Assembly (NCBI RefSeq): GCF_030684315.1
Contig: NC_081365.1
Coordinates: 39,268,985 to 39,332,984, forward strand
DNA length: 64,000 nt
Direction: 5' to 3'
From: Stegostoma tigrinum
Lineage: Eukaryota
This document shows, piece after piece, positions 1 to 14,300 of this stretch (position 1 is its first letter; every line of letters begins with the position of its first letter). A model generated the notes under the pieces. That model had not been told where the DNA came from and searched no databases. It worked only from the letters and a program-made list of their open reading frames with translations. The translations under genes were made by a program, and so were the position numbers.

Positions 1-574
1 TGCATCTGATCACACCTTCCACCTTTTCTGGCTATTGTCACTGAAGTTGACATCAGTTTAATCATGAATAAATGAGGCAGAGATGAACGACCAGCTAATA
101 GTTCAGTTGAAATAACTCTTTTAAAGTAAGTCACACTGTGATTAAGTCAATATTAACACCAGCACTGCTAATGAGATTTAAAGAGATTGCCTTAGGCAAA
201 CTATGGCTATATGATTAGATTTGCTTTTCGTTTATTTCCATTTAATAACATCTGTGCCTTGACTCACAAGTAACCAATATATAATTATCATCCAAGAAAT
301 TTGTGCCTAACTGCCTGACGATACCTCTGGCCACAAAAGTATGAGAAAGAAGAACAGGAGTCAGCTACATCATACCGAGATTGCTCCATCATTCAATAAT
401 GTCATGATTCAGCTGATCCTGGCCTGAATTCCACCTCACTGCCTAAGTCCCATTGGCCTTGGTTCCCTTGTAGACCAACAAACCAGCCTTCATGACTCTG
501 AGATGAAAAATTCCAGTTTAACAATACTCTGAGAAGAAATTTCTCCTCATCTTCATCTTAAATGGGAGACTTAA

Positions 575-1026
575 ATGAGATGGTTGGATTATGAGGACAG
601 ACTGAGGAGACTGAGCTTATACTCATTGGAATTCATAAGAATGAGGGGAATCTTATAGAAACATAAGATTATGAAGGGAATAAATAAAGTGGAAGCAGGG
701 AGGTTGTTTCCACTCGCAGGTGAAACTAGGACTAGAGGGCATTGCCTCAAAATAAAGGGAAGCAGATGTAGGACTGTGGTCAGGAGGAACTTATTCACCC
801 AAAGGGTTGTGAATCTGTGGAATTCCCTGCCCGGTGAAGTGGTTGAAGTTACCTCACTGAATGTTTTTAAGGCAAGGTTAGATAAATTTTTGAACAGTAA
901 AGGAATTAAGGGTTATGGCGAGTGGGTGGGTAAGTGGAGCTGAGTCTGAAAGATCAACCGTGATCTTATTAAATTGCGGGGCAGGCTTGGGGGCCAGATG
1001 GCCTACTCCTCCTGGTTCTTATGTTC
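575..1026 (+). mobile_element. CR1 LINE 3' fragment, inserted in an older minus-strand CR1 remnant (~340-1140)
   Basis: ORF 671-943 has CR1 ORF2 C-terminal motifs (TRGH.LK...FTQRVVNLWNSLP) followed by a 3' UTR ending ttcttatgttct. Confidence 0.85.
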
Positions 1027-1978
1027 TCTCATTTTGAAGCTTTGCCCCTAGTCCTGGAAACCCCGACAGCAAGAAACACACTCTCTTCATTTACTCTGTC
1101 AAATACTCTTATGTGCTCATGTTTCTAAATTGTTTCTCATTCCTGACCTTTCAGGACAGCCCTCCAACAATCAAATATTCTTTCCACTTCCACCCCATTG
1201 CATACACACATGTATGCAGATGTATAATGTGTATACTGTAACTGTTAAGCTGCCAAAGTGTGATATACTACTGGACAGAGCACTGCTACAAACAGGATTA
1301 ACTTTGCTCAGGTATTGGCTAGAATCTGATGTCTTTATTACTGACATAACTGAATTTATCAATGCTGCATCATTGAATTAACAGGACTGATCTAACCCAC
1401 GACAGTGACAGTGCACTTCTTCGAAATACAGAGCACACGTTACCAGCTCTTATTTTTCAGAAAACCCGAGCATGCATTTAAATCTTGCTCATCCCACATT
1501 ACCTGCATTAAACGTGTGTGATTTTGAGGGTTGGGGGCAACACGTATGGCAAGCAAAATACTTGAACAACATGCACTGTGGTATTATGACGGACAATGTA
1601 TTTTGATTCCAGCATCTGTATTGGAGGCAAGATAACATAACTTGGTTGGGAATTGATGGTGCATTGGGATGCAATGCATTCAGTGCCAAAAGAGGTGAAA
1701 CGTTCTCTGCTATATTTACGATGCTAACATCGTTGTAATTTAAAATGGAGGCTAACTCAGTCCATATCAATCTGTTGAAAGGTATTACATTTCAGAAACC
1801 AGATTTCAGCTAATGTTTTGCATAATTTAATTCTTCATACATTATAGAATCATGTCTTAAAATTTTCAGTAAGGTAGACTCATATACTATGGTCTAATGC
1901 TAATCAAAAGGATAGTTTTTGAAACAATCCTTCATTAAAACATTCTTTCCTAAACTGAAAATAATAGCTATACGGTAC

Positions 1979-2389
1979 CTGGTTGTTGTACAGTAACAAA
2001 AGTCAGTCCAGACTGATCCTCCCCCAGTTTATACCAAACATCATTGGGGTCAAGTAGCCACTCTTCCACATAACAATAATAACTGCCACTATCATATGTC
2101 GTTGCTTTCTTCAGTATCACATTATATAGATCATTAGTAGCTTTTTCAAACTGTAGTCTATCCCTCAGACTTGCACTGTTATTAGGGGAGCTGCCGTATT
2201 CAAAAACAGAATCCCGATTCAGGTGGAGAATGGGGTATTGTTCTTGCTCCTCTATTTTCTGGGAATACCATGTCACAGATATTTGGGAGTCCAGGTTAGT
2301 ACGGTTGCTGATCTTGCATTCCAGTTGAATTTGGCTGTCCTCAGGCACAGTGATACTTTTCTCAATTTTGACAGTTTGCAAGTTGCTTT
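1979..2389 (-). CDS. IGSF3: IGSF3 exon, Ig domain 7 (411 bp)
   Basis: Acceptor cctacag|AAAGCAAC gives (E)SNLQTVKIEKSITVPEDSQIQLECKISNRT...DSGSYYCYVEEWLLDPN. Donor CCA G|gtaccg. Confidence 0.9.
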
Positions 2390-5300
2390 CTGTAGGTACA
2401 AGAGAGTTTTTACTTTATTAAAAGGAAACCTGAAAGCCTTTAAATATTATAGAAGCTTGGTTCCATTAGTCCCCAAACACACTAATTTATTGGATATTCA
2501 ATTCAAATACATTAACTTGATGGAGTTAGGAGAAGTGATTTCTGAAAACACACATAGTTTAACTTTTACATCCTGATGCATCAAATGGAATAAAAGTGAA
2601 ATCGCTGGAAATCACAGCATCACAAAATAGTTACAACATGGAAAGAGAGACTCAGCCCATCATGCCCGTGCTGGCTCTTTGTAAACATTAATCAGCTTTT
2701 TCCACTCTCCTGTCATTTCTCCATAGCCCTACAATTATTTTCTTTTTGGATAATTTTCTAACCTTAGTTTTGAAATTCATGATTAAATCTGTCCTATCTT
2801 CTCTCTCAGATAGTGCATTCTGGATGCCAACCTCTTGCTGTATGAAATCTTTTCCTCACATCATCTCTGATTTTTTTTTTGAAAATCATCTTAAATCACT
2901 GCCCTCAGGTTCTGGATCTTTCTTTAAACAGGAACTTATACATTCTCCAGAATCCCCATGATCCTGAACACTTTTATGAAATGTCTGCTTAACCTTCTCT
3001 TTTCTAAAGAAAACAGACCTATTATGTCCAATTGATCTACATAACTTCTGTGCATAGAATCCCTACAGTGTGGAAACAGGCCCTTCGGCCCAAAATGTCC
3101 ACACCAACCCTTGGAGCATCCCACCCAGACCCATCCCTCTATAGCCCACCTAAGCTACACATCCCTGAACAGTACAGGCAATTTAGCATAGCCAATCCAC
3201 CTAACCTGCTCATCTTTGGACTGTGGGAGGAAACCAGAGCACCCAGAGGAAACCCACACAGGCTCGGGGAGAACATGCAAACTCCACACAGACAGTCAGC
3301 CGAGAGTGGAATCGAACCTGGGTCCTTGGTGCTGTGAGGCTGCAGTGCTAACCACTGAGCCACTGCGCCAACCAAATCTTTGTAAATTTTTTCTGCAAGC
3401 ATTCCATTGCCTTCACATCCTTCTGAAAGCACTTTGCCCAGAATTGGCTGAACCAGTGTTTTGCAAAGGTTTTTCATAAATTGCTTCTTTTTCTACTTGA
3501 TGCCTATATTCAAAAAGTACAGGAGCTCAGATACTTTATTGGCCATTTTCTCAACTTCTCCTGCCAGTTTCAATGAGTTTGGAGAAAGAGAGATGGAGTT
3601 TGTTCTTCTCCCCAGGTCTAGAGCCAGCGAGGCATTTAATTGGGCAAGAGGGTATCTGGTGGGGACCACACCACCTTCCTGCCTCTGTCCTGATGAAGTC
3701 TGGATTGGGAAGGATCACCGATGGCCTTCCTTTCCTGACGCCAATTTAGGTGAAAGCTACGTGCAGCAACGGTAGAGGTTCCAATGGCCACAGTAAGCCA
3801 GCTAGTATATTCTGTACAAATGCATGAATCCAAAATGAGTTATTGCACTGCTTTCACAATTGTTGGTTGCTGTATCTCTGCTATTGCTGTCACTTTGGCA
3901 GAATCCAGGCAGAGATCTTTTGCTGTAAGTACTCAACCTATGTACTTGACTTAATGAAATCTTCAAATGTGTCTTATTCAGCTTCATCTTCATCTGATGA
4001 ATTCTCTCTTCAGTATCACACTAGATTCTGATTGTGGTCTGTAATGGCTTCATCCATTGTGTTTCCACATATGTAGACTAGTAGGTCATCCATTATGTCT
4101 TCTAATTCAAGAAGATCACTGACTTCCTTGTGCTGTCTACTTTGGAAATGCCAAGTGGTATGAACAACTATCTGTAAATCTGAATGGGTTTTCATTTAGC
4201 TTCACTTATCAGTAACTTTTTTTGCATCAAGGGCAGGCTCTGGTAAAATCTATTCATTGGGAAATAGCATATCGGAAATTAAGTAGGCCATTCAGCCCTT
4301 TGAGCCTGCACCACTATCCAATGTGATCATGGTTGATATCTAATTTAGTACCCTGTTCCTGCTTTCTTCCCATATCCTTTGATCCCTTTAGTCCTACGAA
4401 CTATATCTACAACTTTCTTGAAAGTCTTCAATATTTTGCGTCTCTGGCAGAGAATTCAACAGGCTCACCACTCCTTGGGTGAAGAAATTTCTTCTCATCT
4501 CTGGCCTAAAAAGCCTACCCCATATCCTTAAACTATGACCCCTAATTCCAGAGTCCCTGGTCACCAAAAACACGTTTCCTGTATCTACCCTAGCTAATTC
4601 TGTTAGAAATTTCCTAGATTTCTATGCTATTCCCCTTCCTCCCATTCTTCTAAACTCTGTTGAATATAGTCCTAAATGATTCAGACATTCCTCATACATT
4701 AGTCCCACCATCCCAGGAATTAGTCCAGCAAAGCTTCTTCGCACTCAATAGCCAGAAAATCCGTGCTTAGATAAGGAGGCCAAAACTGCACACAATGTCC
4801 CGGGTGTGGTCTTACCAAGACTCTGTGCTGTTGCAGTAAGTCATCCAAACCCAAGTAATTGAATCCACTCTGTATGAAGGCCAACATATCTTTTGCCTTC
4901 TTCGCTACTTGCTTACCTTCAGTGACTTGTGTAAAAGATCTCATTGCACCTACGTTCATCCCCATTCAGATAATAATCTGCCTCCCTCTTTTTTACTATC
5001 AAAGCGGATAGTCTCACATTTATCCACATTATAGTAACTCTACTATGTATTTGTCCACTTAACGTGTCCAAATCACACTGAAGCCTCTTTGTTTCCTTCT
5101 CACAGTATATCCATGCATCCATTTTGGTGTCATCTGCAAACCTGGAGATGTGACACTTAAATCATTAATATATATTGTGAATAGCTAGGGTCCAAGCGCT
5201 GATGCTGTGGTACTCCATAAGTTCAGAGGCTAGTATCCCTTCACCAAGTCATCCTTCATTTAAATATAAAGTGTCCTTGACACTGGTTTAGCTTCCTCGG

Positions 5301-8300
5301 AGCTAGCTGTCAGAGTGAACAGAACCTCTGACACTTCTGTTCTTATCTGTCAGCCAAAGCTGCCTGATTGAGGCTGTTAATTTGCCCGTTCAATCTGGGA
5401 GCTCATATTCTTTGAGATCCACCTGGTTGACCTTGTTATAATCATCGCACCTGGTACTCGGAAAAAGACTTGTTTACTCCTACTCTTTGTTTCCTGTCTA
5501 CAAACAGTTCTTGATCCAATTTAGCATGCACTCTTCAATCCCATGTGCTTTAATTTTGCATGCTAATCTCTTATGCAATACCTTATCCAAAGTTACTGGC
5601 TCTAGGGGAGTCCAAAACTAGAAGGCATAGGTTTAAGGTGAAAGGGGATGGGACCCTTTCCACACAAAGGGTGGTGTGTATATGGAATGAGCTGCCAGAG
5701 GCTGTACCTTGTCCACGTTACTAGGCGCATCCTTGATGAATTCCAGCAGATTTGGAAGGGTGACTTCTCCTTCGTAAGCCCATATTGACTCTGTCTGATC
5801 CTGTCATTATTTGATGGTTGGCATGGCATAGTGAGATATCTTCAATGATTTATGGAGATCCTTTAGATCTACGCATACTCTCAGCTTTCCAGTTTAATTT
5901 GCTACTACTATGCTATCCTCATCAGATGCTGAGTTAGTCTTACACTCTTATTTATACCAAAATGACATTCACCAGGAAGATATAGTGTCATACAGCACAG
6001 GAACAGACCCTTCAGCCCAACTTGTCTGTGCTAATGCGGTTTCCTAAACTGAACTAGTCCCATTTGCCTCTGTTTGGTCCATATCCTTCTTAAACCCTTC
6101 CTATTCATGTACCTGTCCAAATGTCTTTTGAGTGTTGTAATTCTACCTGTCCCTACCACTACCACTGGCAGCTCGTTTCATATACACACCACCCTCTGTG
6201 TGGGAAAGTTGCCCTTCAGGTCCCTTTCCCCTCTAACCTTCAGCCTATGCCTTCTAGTTTTGGACACCCATACGTTGGGGAAAAGACCCTGGTTGAATGG
6301 CTTATCTCTACCCATTACGATTTTATAAGACTTTATAAGGTCATGCCTCAGCCTCCTACATTCCAAGGAAAAATCTCAGCCTATCCAGCCTCGTCAGACC
6401 AGTAACTGCATCCTTGTAATCTTCAAGGGCCTGTTCATCAGTCAATGGTTTGGTGGCCAGCAAAATATTGCAAATCAATTTTGGCAAATGTAGTGTTTTC
6501 AGTCCAATCAAATCAGCTGAGATAAATGGATTTTGCTTACTATCACTAACAGGTCTTCAATTTCCTCCCTGCTTTGTGCTCTCACCTTCATTTGTCCTCT
6601 TGGGATGGAAATTGTTCCATCACATAGCCTCAAACGTACCTTCAAAAGTTTCATGTTTCATGTTACCTTCTTGAGCAATCACACAAGTCCTCAAAACTCA
6701 TGCTGTTGCATAAAGTACTGGTGTCTATTTGGTGTTTCATATTCGTTTGATACTCTTCTTCTGCAGTCATCACTCTAATAACCACAACCAATTTAATATC
6801 TTTAGATCCGATGAAACCAACCTGTATTATGTTGTAGAGCAATTTATCAGAATAAACGGCTGACATCTCTCCAAAAGCCATCTGTACAGGCTTACTTTGC
6901 TTATTTCTAGCTAAACACTGCCATGTAAAGTGATTCAGCTTCCTGCAATGAAAGCATTGTTTCCCCAACACTGGATATGTATTTTTTTCTTTTGAATGGA
7001 GGCCTCTGCAATAATTAAATCCAGTTCTCAGGCCTTGATCATTCTGCTGGCTCTTGAACAAATATTTCTTCCTTTTTTCCAATATGTTGTTCTCATTTGA
7101 CTTGGACTATGAATCAATAAATGTGGAGCTAGAAAATCACAGCAGGTCAGACAGCATTTGAGGAGCAGGAGAGTCAATGTTTTGGGCCAAAAGCCTTCAT
7201 CAGGGCTGACGAATGATTTTGGCCCGAAACATTGATTTTCCTGCTTCTCGGATGATGCCTGACTTGCTGTGCTTTTCCGGCTCCACATTTATTGACTCTA
7301 GCTTCCAGCATCTGCAGTCCTTTGTGTCTCCATGATGTGGAATATGTCTTAGTGTAATGTAACGTTTTATCTATGCTCCCATTATTACACAAGATTGACT
7401 ACCTCAGAATTTCTGCACAAGTCAAGGGCTTTCTTGAGAATGAGTTTCTCTTCTCTCTTTTGATGTGCTTTCACATTGGGATCTCTTATGCCTAAAGCAA
7501 TCCTATCTCTGGTGAGATCATCTTTGAGTTGTCCAAACACTCAATATGGCAGCGCTATCACATACAGAACAACAGTGTCCCTCCCCTAAAGCTCTGATAT
7601 ACAACCGTACCATTCATTAGTATTATTGATGTGGGGTTTAAAGTGTGGTTTCAAACTCTCTCCTGTCTGAGTCTTCTTCTCAGTGCCATTTCAGGTGCAA
7701 TGGACTTAAGTAGCACTCGTTTCTCAGTATTGATAAGAGGGTTGTATCTCTTATTTGCCCAATTATGTTATTTAATTCTTTATCTATTTCATACTTCTGT
7801 GAGTGAGAGAAGAAACCAATTCTGTCTCCTCCATCATTTCCATAGGAGAAGGGATCAGAGAATTAACAGCCATTGTGATTCTTCCAGCACTTTAAAGTTG
7901 CAGACTGTGGTGATTTAATTCATCCTTATGTAAGTTTTCTTTTAACTGGAGCTGACTCTCTTGCAGGTCTGAAAATTCACTCAATTTCAACTGCACTGTT
8001 TTGATAGAGATAGTAGGAACTGCAGATGCTGGAGAATCTGAGATAACACGGTGTAGAGCTGGATGAACACAGCAGGCCAAGCAGCATCATAGGAGCAGGA
8101 AAGCTGATGTTTTGGGCCTAAATCCTAAGATCCTTCTTCTGAAGGCGGGTCTAGGCCGGAAACATAAGCTTTCCTGCTCCTATGATGCTGCCTGGCCTGC
8201 TGTGTTCATCCAGCTCTACACCGTGTTATCTTACACTCTTTTGACATCATGTTTTTAAGCAATTTATCTAATGGCTTCCACAAACTAAAATGAAAGCAAC

Positions 8301-11300
8301 CAACAGAAGATGTGGAGATCACATGACAATGGTAAGGTCACTAGTATATTACGTCCTAATGAATTTCTCCACGTAGGCCTCTGCAGGGTGCATTGATGGC
8401 TGCTAAATTGATTTCTGGTGGCTCAGCCTGATATGGAGAACCAATGGCCTCTAAATGGCCAGCAGTTCTCAGGGAAAAGAAGTGTCCTTGTTCCCAGGGA
8501 AGGTGGCCTGCTGGCCTCCCAAGTGGCCAAGGATGCAATGAGCATTCTCAAAAGTGGGTGACACAGTTCTCCACCTGTTCTGTTGGGCAAGGCCCTTATT
8601 GTCCAGATTAAATTCCACCAATAACCCCAGGACCTTCTTCTAGGTCCATATGCAACTTTTTTTTCCAAATTGAATCTTTTATTTTATATCACATGCAAGG
8701 TATTTGTTTAACAAGGTGTGGAGCTGGCTGAACACAGCGGGCCAAGCAGCATCAGAGGGGCAGGAAGGCTGACATTTTGGGACTAGATCCTTCTTTTCTG
8801 AAGAAGGGTCTAGGCCTGAAACGTCAGCCTTCCTGCTCCTCTGATGCTGCTTGGCCCGCTGTGTTCATCCAGCTCTATACCTTATTATCTCAGATTCTCC
8901 AGCATCTGCAGTTCCTACTATCTCTGAAACAAGGTATTTGTTTGGTAGCTTTGGAGCTGAATGGGGTCAATCAATCAGTTAACATATCAAATGAATCAAA
9001 TTTCTCACATCAGTTCTATCTCTGAATTTAAAGTCAAGAAAATGACAGCTAACACCAGGGTTCAAATGTAGAATGTGTAGCATACTGCTTGTGCACTTGT
9101 GCTACAAATAACACTGGCATGAAATCCCTTGGAAAATTTTAATTGACTTTAAAATATAATTAGATAGATTACTTCTGTCAGGGAAGAGAATATGTAAAAT
9201 AGTATTCTTCTTTGATCCTGAATGTTTCAAATTGTTAACATTGTTCAACACGCAAATTACTAAGTATCATGACATGCATTCAGTCCTCACTTTTCTCTCT
9301 CTTTTTAAAATTCTGTATTACTCTTTAAGCAACAAGACGGCATAGCTTCTGCCAATGCAGTTATCAAGTGAAATACATGGCTAGCACTCAGACCTTCACT
9401 TCTGTCTTGCTTGTGAGGCAACTAGCATCATTGCACAGAATATTTCTCACAAAGACAAAGTTGATTCAATACCTGGGCGCTGGACAGTGACAATGGTCTG
9501 CCCAGATGTGTCCTCTCCAATTTTATACCAGATGTTGTTGGGGCTTAGAAGCCATTCCTCCACATGACAATAGTATTTCCCACTATCATTAATGTTAGCT
9601 TTTAGTAAGACCAAGGTATAATGCCCAGTAAAAGGTTTTGCAACTTGCAGTCTCTCCTTCTTCTTGTCTCTTCCTAACCAGTCCTTGTGTTCAACCACAG
9701 AGTCACGGTTTGATTTGAGAATCAGCTTGTCAGCTTTCTCCAGTGATTTCTGAACGTGCCATTGCACAGAGAATTGAGAGTCTGGTCTTGTTTGATTTGT
9801 GATGTAGCAGTTTAAATGAATATTGTCATTTACTTTCACAACAATGTTCCTCTCTGCTTGATTGACTTTTAGTTTACATTCTGTAAGAGAAAAAAAGATT
9901 AGGTCACATATAGAGCAGTGGTAAATACAAAATAAAAACTAATTTAAAAAAAGCTTTTCTTTCTTTCATACATTTTAGCAACCACAATAGTCTGCATTCT
10001 GCAGTCAGCGGTGAAGTGACAACATTTTCTTGACATTAATTTGAATCTGCTGTCAAGTCAAGTGAATCTCCAGGTATCCAGCAACAGTAAGCTCACCAAG
10101 CAGAATCACCAGTCAATTGCATTGAAGTATTCTAATAGACAGCAAACTAAGAAGTAAATTGCACTGATTATTCCTCATAATGATACTTCACAGATAGCGA
10201 AAATAACTGAGTCATACATATGGGATTCAGGCAAAATCTCAATGATCATGGACAAGATGAACAAGCTGTGAAAAACATAAAAATGTGTCTTGTTTTATAT
10301 CACAATGGAGAAATTTGGCTTACCACAAGTATTACATCAGTTTTCCAGGGCCAGAATGGTTGGTCAGCAGCAATGATAAATCTGGTAGGCCAACAAAGCC
10401 CAGTTAGGCCTTGTTCAATATGACGGAACATTTTCAACGGTTTTAACACAAACCCAATGGCATAAAAAGGCAAGTTCTCATCAGTGATAACAAGGTGTAG
10501 AGCTGGGTGAACATAGCAAGCCAAGCAGCATCCGAGGAGCAGGAAAGCTGACATTTCGGGTCTAGGCCCTTCTTCAGAAGGGTCGTTTCAGAAGAAGGGT
10601 CTAGACCCGAAACGTCAGCTTTCCTGCTCCTCTGATGCTGTTTGGCCTGCTGTGTTTATCCAGCTCTACATCGTGTTATCTCAGATTCTCCAGCATTGGC
10701 AGTTCCTACTATCTCTGTAACAAATTCCCATCAGTGTTGTTATTTCTAATAGTTTTCAGTTAGGTGATTCTTTACTTTTGCTAACATGCCTTGTTAAAGT
10801 ATCATTCACAGCAATTACTGGATTTCCATGTTCAATTACAAACATGCAGACTCCAGAAATCGCTGTCAGTTTCAGAGGAGTATTTATGATGAATGCTGAC
10901 AGTTTTGTAATCACTATTGATTATTAAACATCATTATCCAAGTCATCTTCTTCTACAGCTGGAGCAAGGTCTTCACAAAAATCTGCACTGAGATAATTTA
11001 CTTCCAAGCAAGACAACTTTCTTCTCTACCTCATCTGTACATTCCTCTCAGTGCTTGCTACAGGATTACAGTGATTTAATTCACGTAGAGCAATCAACAG
11101 GGTTACAAAGATACTTTATAACTAATACTAAATAAAAACCAAAAGAACTGCGGATGCTGTAAATCAGGAACAAAAACAGAAGTTGCTGGAAAAGCTCAGC
11201 AAGTCTGGCAGCATCTGTGAAGAAAAGTCAGAGTTAAGGTTTCAGGTCTGGTGACCCTTTCCTCAGAATTAATATCACTTGGAAGACTTAACTTCGAAAG

Positions 11301-14300
11301 ATTGTGGCTTACTTAAAAGAAGTCATTGAAAACTCACTGTGGATATTGGAATTGTTTTTAAAAATAAAAGGTTTCTTATAAGCCACATGCATGGCAATTA
11401 CTTCTTGCTTTGCTGAAACCCCTGCCAGATCTGATATGAATGGTGTCTGGCTTACAGAGATTCTTGATTTATCTGGTTGAATTAGAGGAAAGCCTGCCAA
11501 GAACAAGCTAGTTGAGGAAAACATGCTAAGAACGGAGTTGGTAAAGCTTGCTAAGAATGAACTGCCCCACTGCTCTCTCTCATTTATGAAAAAGAAAGCC
11601 TCTTGCTGAGTTCAGATGAGGCTTATTTGTTCTTTTGTAAGACCAATTGAGATTATATTTCCTAAGTAAGTTGTGTCTGTAAGATTTCGGTGACAACTGT
11701 GAACCATTTTCTAGGAACTAGTTTGCAAATGAAAGTGTTTTTGTTGTTTTAGTTCCTTTACATGTTACCATGCAATCTGAGGAACTTGACCACTTACGCC
11801 AGAACATCAGTCCAATATACTCCGGAATATCCTATGCTTTATCCTTTTGTCTTCAACAATAGCCCCAATTGGCTAAAATGTTTTTTTTCCCAGAAAGCCA
11901 ATCTCTGCAGAGGGATATTTTCTTTTCCCTTTTCCTAGACATGTCTGTGCATTTTGGGAATACTTAGAGGGATAAGCACTTATATTGCTCCATTGCTGAC
12001 TGTATATGTTAACCAATTATTACAACTTCATTGAATAAGTTTTGTTCTGCGAACAAATGGATATTTTTGTCTATTAAGAAGCTTTTGAAGGATCTTGTTG
12101 TTTAAAACCTGATATAAATAAATAAAAGAATTTAACTTTTCAATCTTGGTATGTTGTGGATTAATGGAGTGAGAGGGATGGTACTGTGGTTACACTGAAC
12201 AACATCACTGCTGAAATTTATAATCACAGGTCATCACAAAAGACAGATTAAGTGCACCTATCATGAACAGTTCAAGTTGTACTGAGTCATTGAACAAGTT
12301 GAGACATGTGTGAGTCATATAGAGTCATAGAGATATACAGCACGGAAACAGACCATTCAGTCCAACTCGACCATGCTGACCAAACATCCAATTAATCCAG
12401 ACCCATTTGCTAGCATTTGGCCCAAATCCCTCTAAACCGTTCCTATTTATAAATCCATCCAGTGCCTTTTAAATGTTGTAATTGTACCATCCTCCACAAG
12501 TTCCTCTGGTAGCTCATTCCATACACGCACCACACTCTCCATGAAAATGTTGCCCCTTAATTCCCTTTTAAATCTTTTCCCTCTCACCTTAAACCTATGC
12601 CCTCAACTTTTATATTCCGCTACCCTGGGTAAAAGACTTTGGCTATTCATCCTATCCAAGCCCCTCAAGCCTCCAACTCTCCAGGTGAAGCAGCCCCAGC
12701 TTATTCAGCCTCTCCCTATAGTTTAAACCCTCCAACCCTAGAAACATCCTTGTAAATTTTTTCTAAACCCTTTCGAGTTTCACAAATTCTTTCCTATAGC
12801 AGGGAGACCAGAATTGAATGCAGTATTCCAAAAGCAGCCTAATCAACGTCCTGTACAGCTGCAACATGACCTCCCAACTCCTATACTCAGTGAACTGATC
12901 AATAAAGGCAAATGTATCAAACACCTTTTTTAATATCCTGTTGATAACTGTTCTTCTCGGAAGAATTAAAGAGATTAGTCAGTGATGAACTAGATAATTC
13001 AGAACATAGTGTGGTTTAATATGCCCAGCAACAAAGTTAGCTACAAAACCTGACTGAGAAACAAAGAAAGATGTCCCCTTGTTCCAGCTTTTAATTTTCA
13101 CTGGAATGATATTGCACCTGATTTTTTATTCTCTTTGCAATATTCATTGAAGCCATCAATGTGATGTACAACAGGTATTATATCCAAAAAGCTGCTGTGT
13201 TTGCAGCCTTATTGTGTAAATCTGTATTACATTAATATTTAATCAAAGCACTTGTGTATTAACATACCAATTGCAACATTGTTCCTGCTGGTAACTTGAA
13301 AATGACTTGCAGATTGCAAGTTCCTCAGATTGCATGGTAACATATAAAGGAACTAAAACAACAAAAACATTTCATTTGCAAATTAGTTCCTGGAAAATGA
13401 ATCACTGTATGGAAAAGGAAGCTTTGGAATAATGCTTAAAAACAGAAATCTTTCCCTTTCAGTATACTGTACAGTACATACTACACAGCAGCATTGACGG
13501 CTGGAAGTTTAGGAACATTTCACAGGCGTCACTGCCGAAGTTCCATGGGTATTCTGGCATACTTCCACTGTAACTTCAAAAGTAATCTGAAAAAACTCTG
13601 CAGTTAGGATCAGAGCCCAGGCATGACAGTTTCTACTCGTCCTTGTTAAGAGCAGACCTGCTACCCACCATCTACAAGATGTGTGTTGTAAGACTGGATA
13701 TGATCAGAGATGGAAGCTCCCATACAGTTCATAATCTCCTAGTCTCAAGGGAACAGTGGACAGGCAATTCAATTGGGTGAGAGGAAGTTTTTTACCTTAT
13801 TCATTTTCACATGTGGGGCCCACCTGTATTACATTCTGGACCTATGAAGAATTCTCAGCAATTCTGTTTCTCCTTATAAGGTCATCAATAGCCCCAAGCA
13901 AATGTTATTTCCCACTGTGACTGGACAGCTCCTAATTCATAGCATCCTCTCCACAACAGCATCTGTGAGCTGGCCTGATTAGGATGGCTGCCTTTTATAA
14001 TTATTTATTTAAGTTAAACAAGTTCAATTTTATGAATCTTGACGGAGCATTAATGCTGGATGTGCCAAAGGCATTCATGCCCGTTGTGTGCTTCAACACA
14101 CTCAGCCTGGAGTCAATACATATATAAAAATTGTTGTTTAAGCAGCAGTGATAAAAAAACACAATGCTGATATTACAGTTTTGATAAACAAACATTACAT
14201 GACTGATCTGCCACTAGTATGTCATCCACTTTAAATCAGCTCAGCGCTGACTGTATTCCCCAAAACTGCAAATGATCTGGCAAGCAAAGCAAATAGACTG

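Larger units (their letters stand above)
6400..8340 (-). mobile_element. Degraded Ty3/Gypsy LTR retrotransposon gag-protease remnant
   Basis: Gag motif RDRIALGIR (~7480-7510), CCHC knuckle CFHCRKLNHFTWQC, and degenerate aspartic protease motif QIDTSTLCN. Confidence 0.65.

Noticed and set aside
3300-3373. tRNA genes here and at other A/B-box sites
   Set aside because: They are degenerate SINE heads attached to SINE bodies, with no intact cloverleaf.
7111-10736. Classical MITEs/DNA transposons
   Set aside because: Ends are asymmetric, TSDs are long and variable, and the arms match the 3' UTR of GIY-YIG-encoding PLEs in the same window.
11303-12194. ~890-bp solo LTR (tgtgg...gttaca)
   Set aside because: No matching TSD and no second copy in the window, so it cannot be supported.
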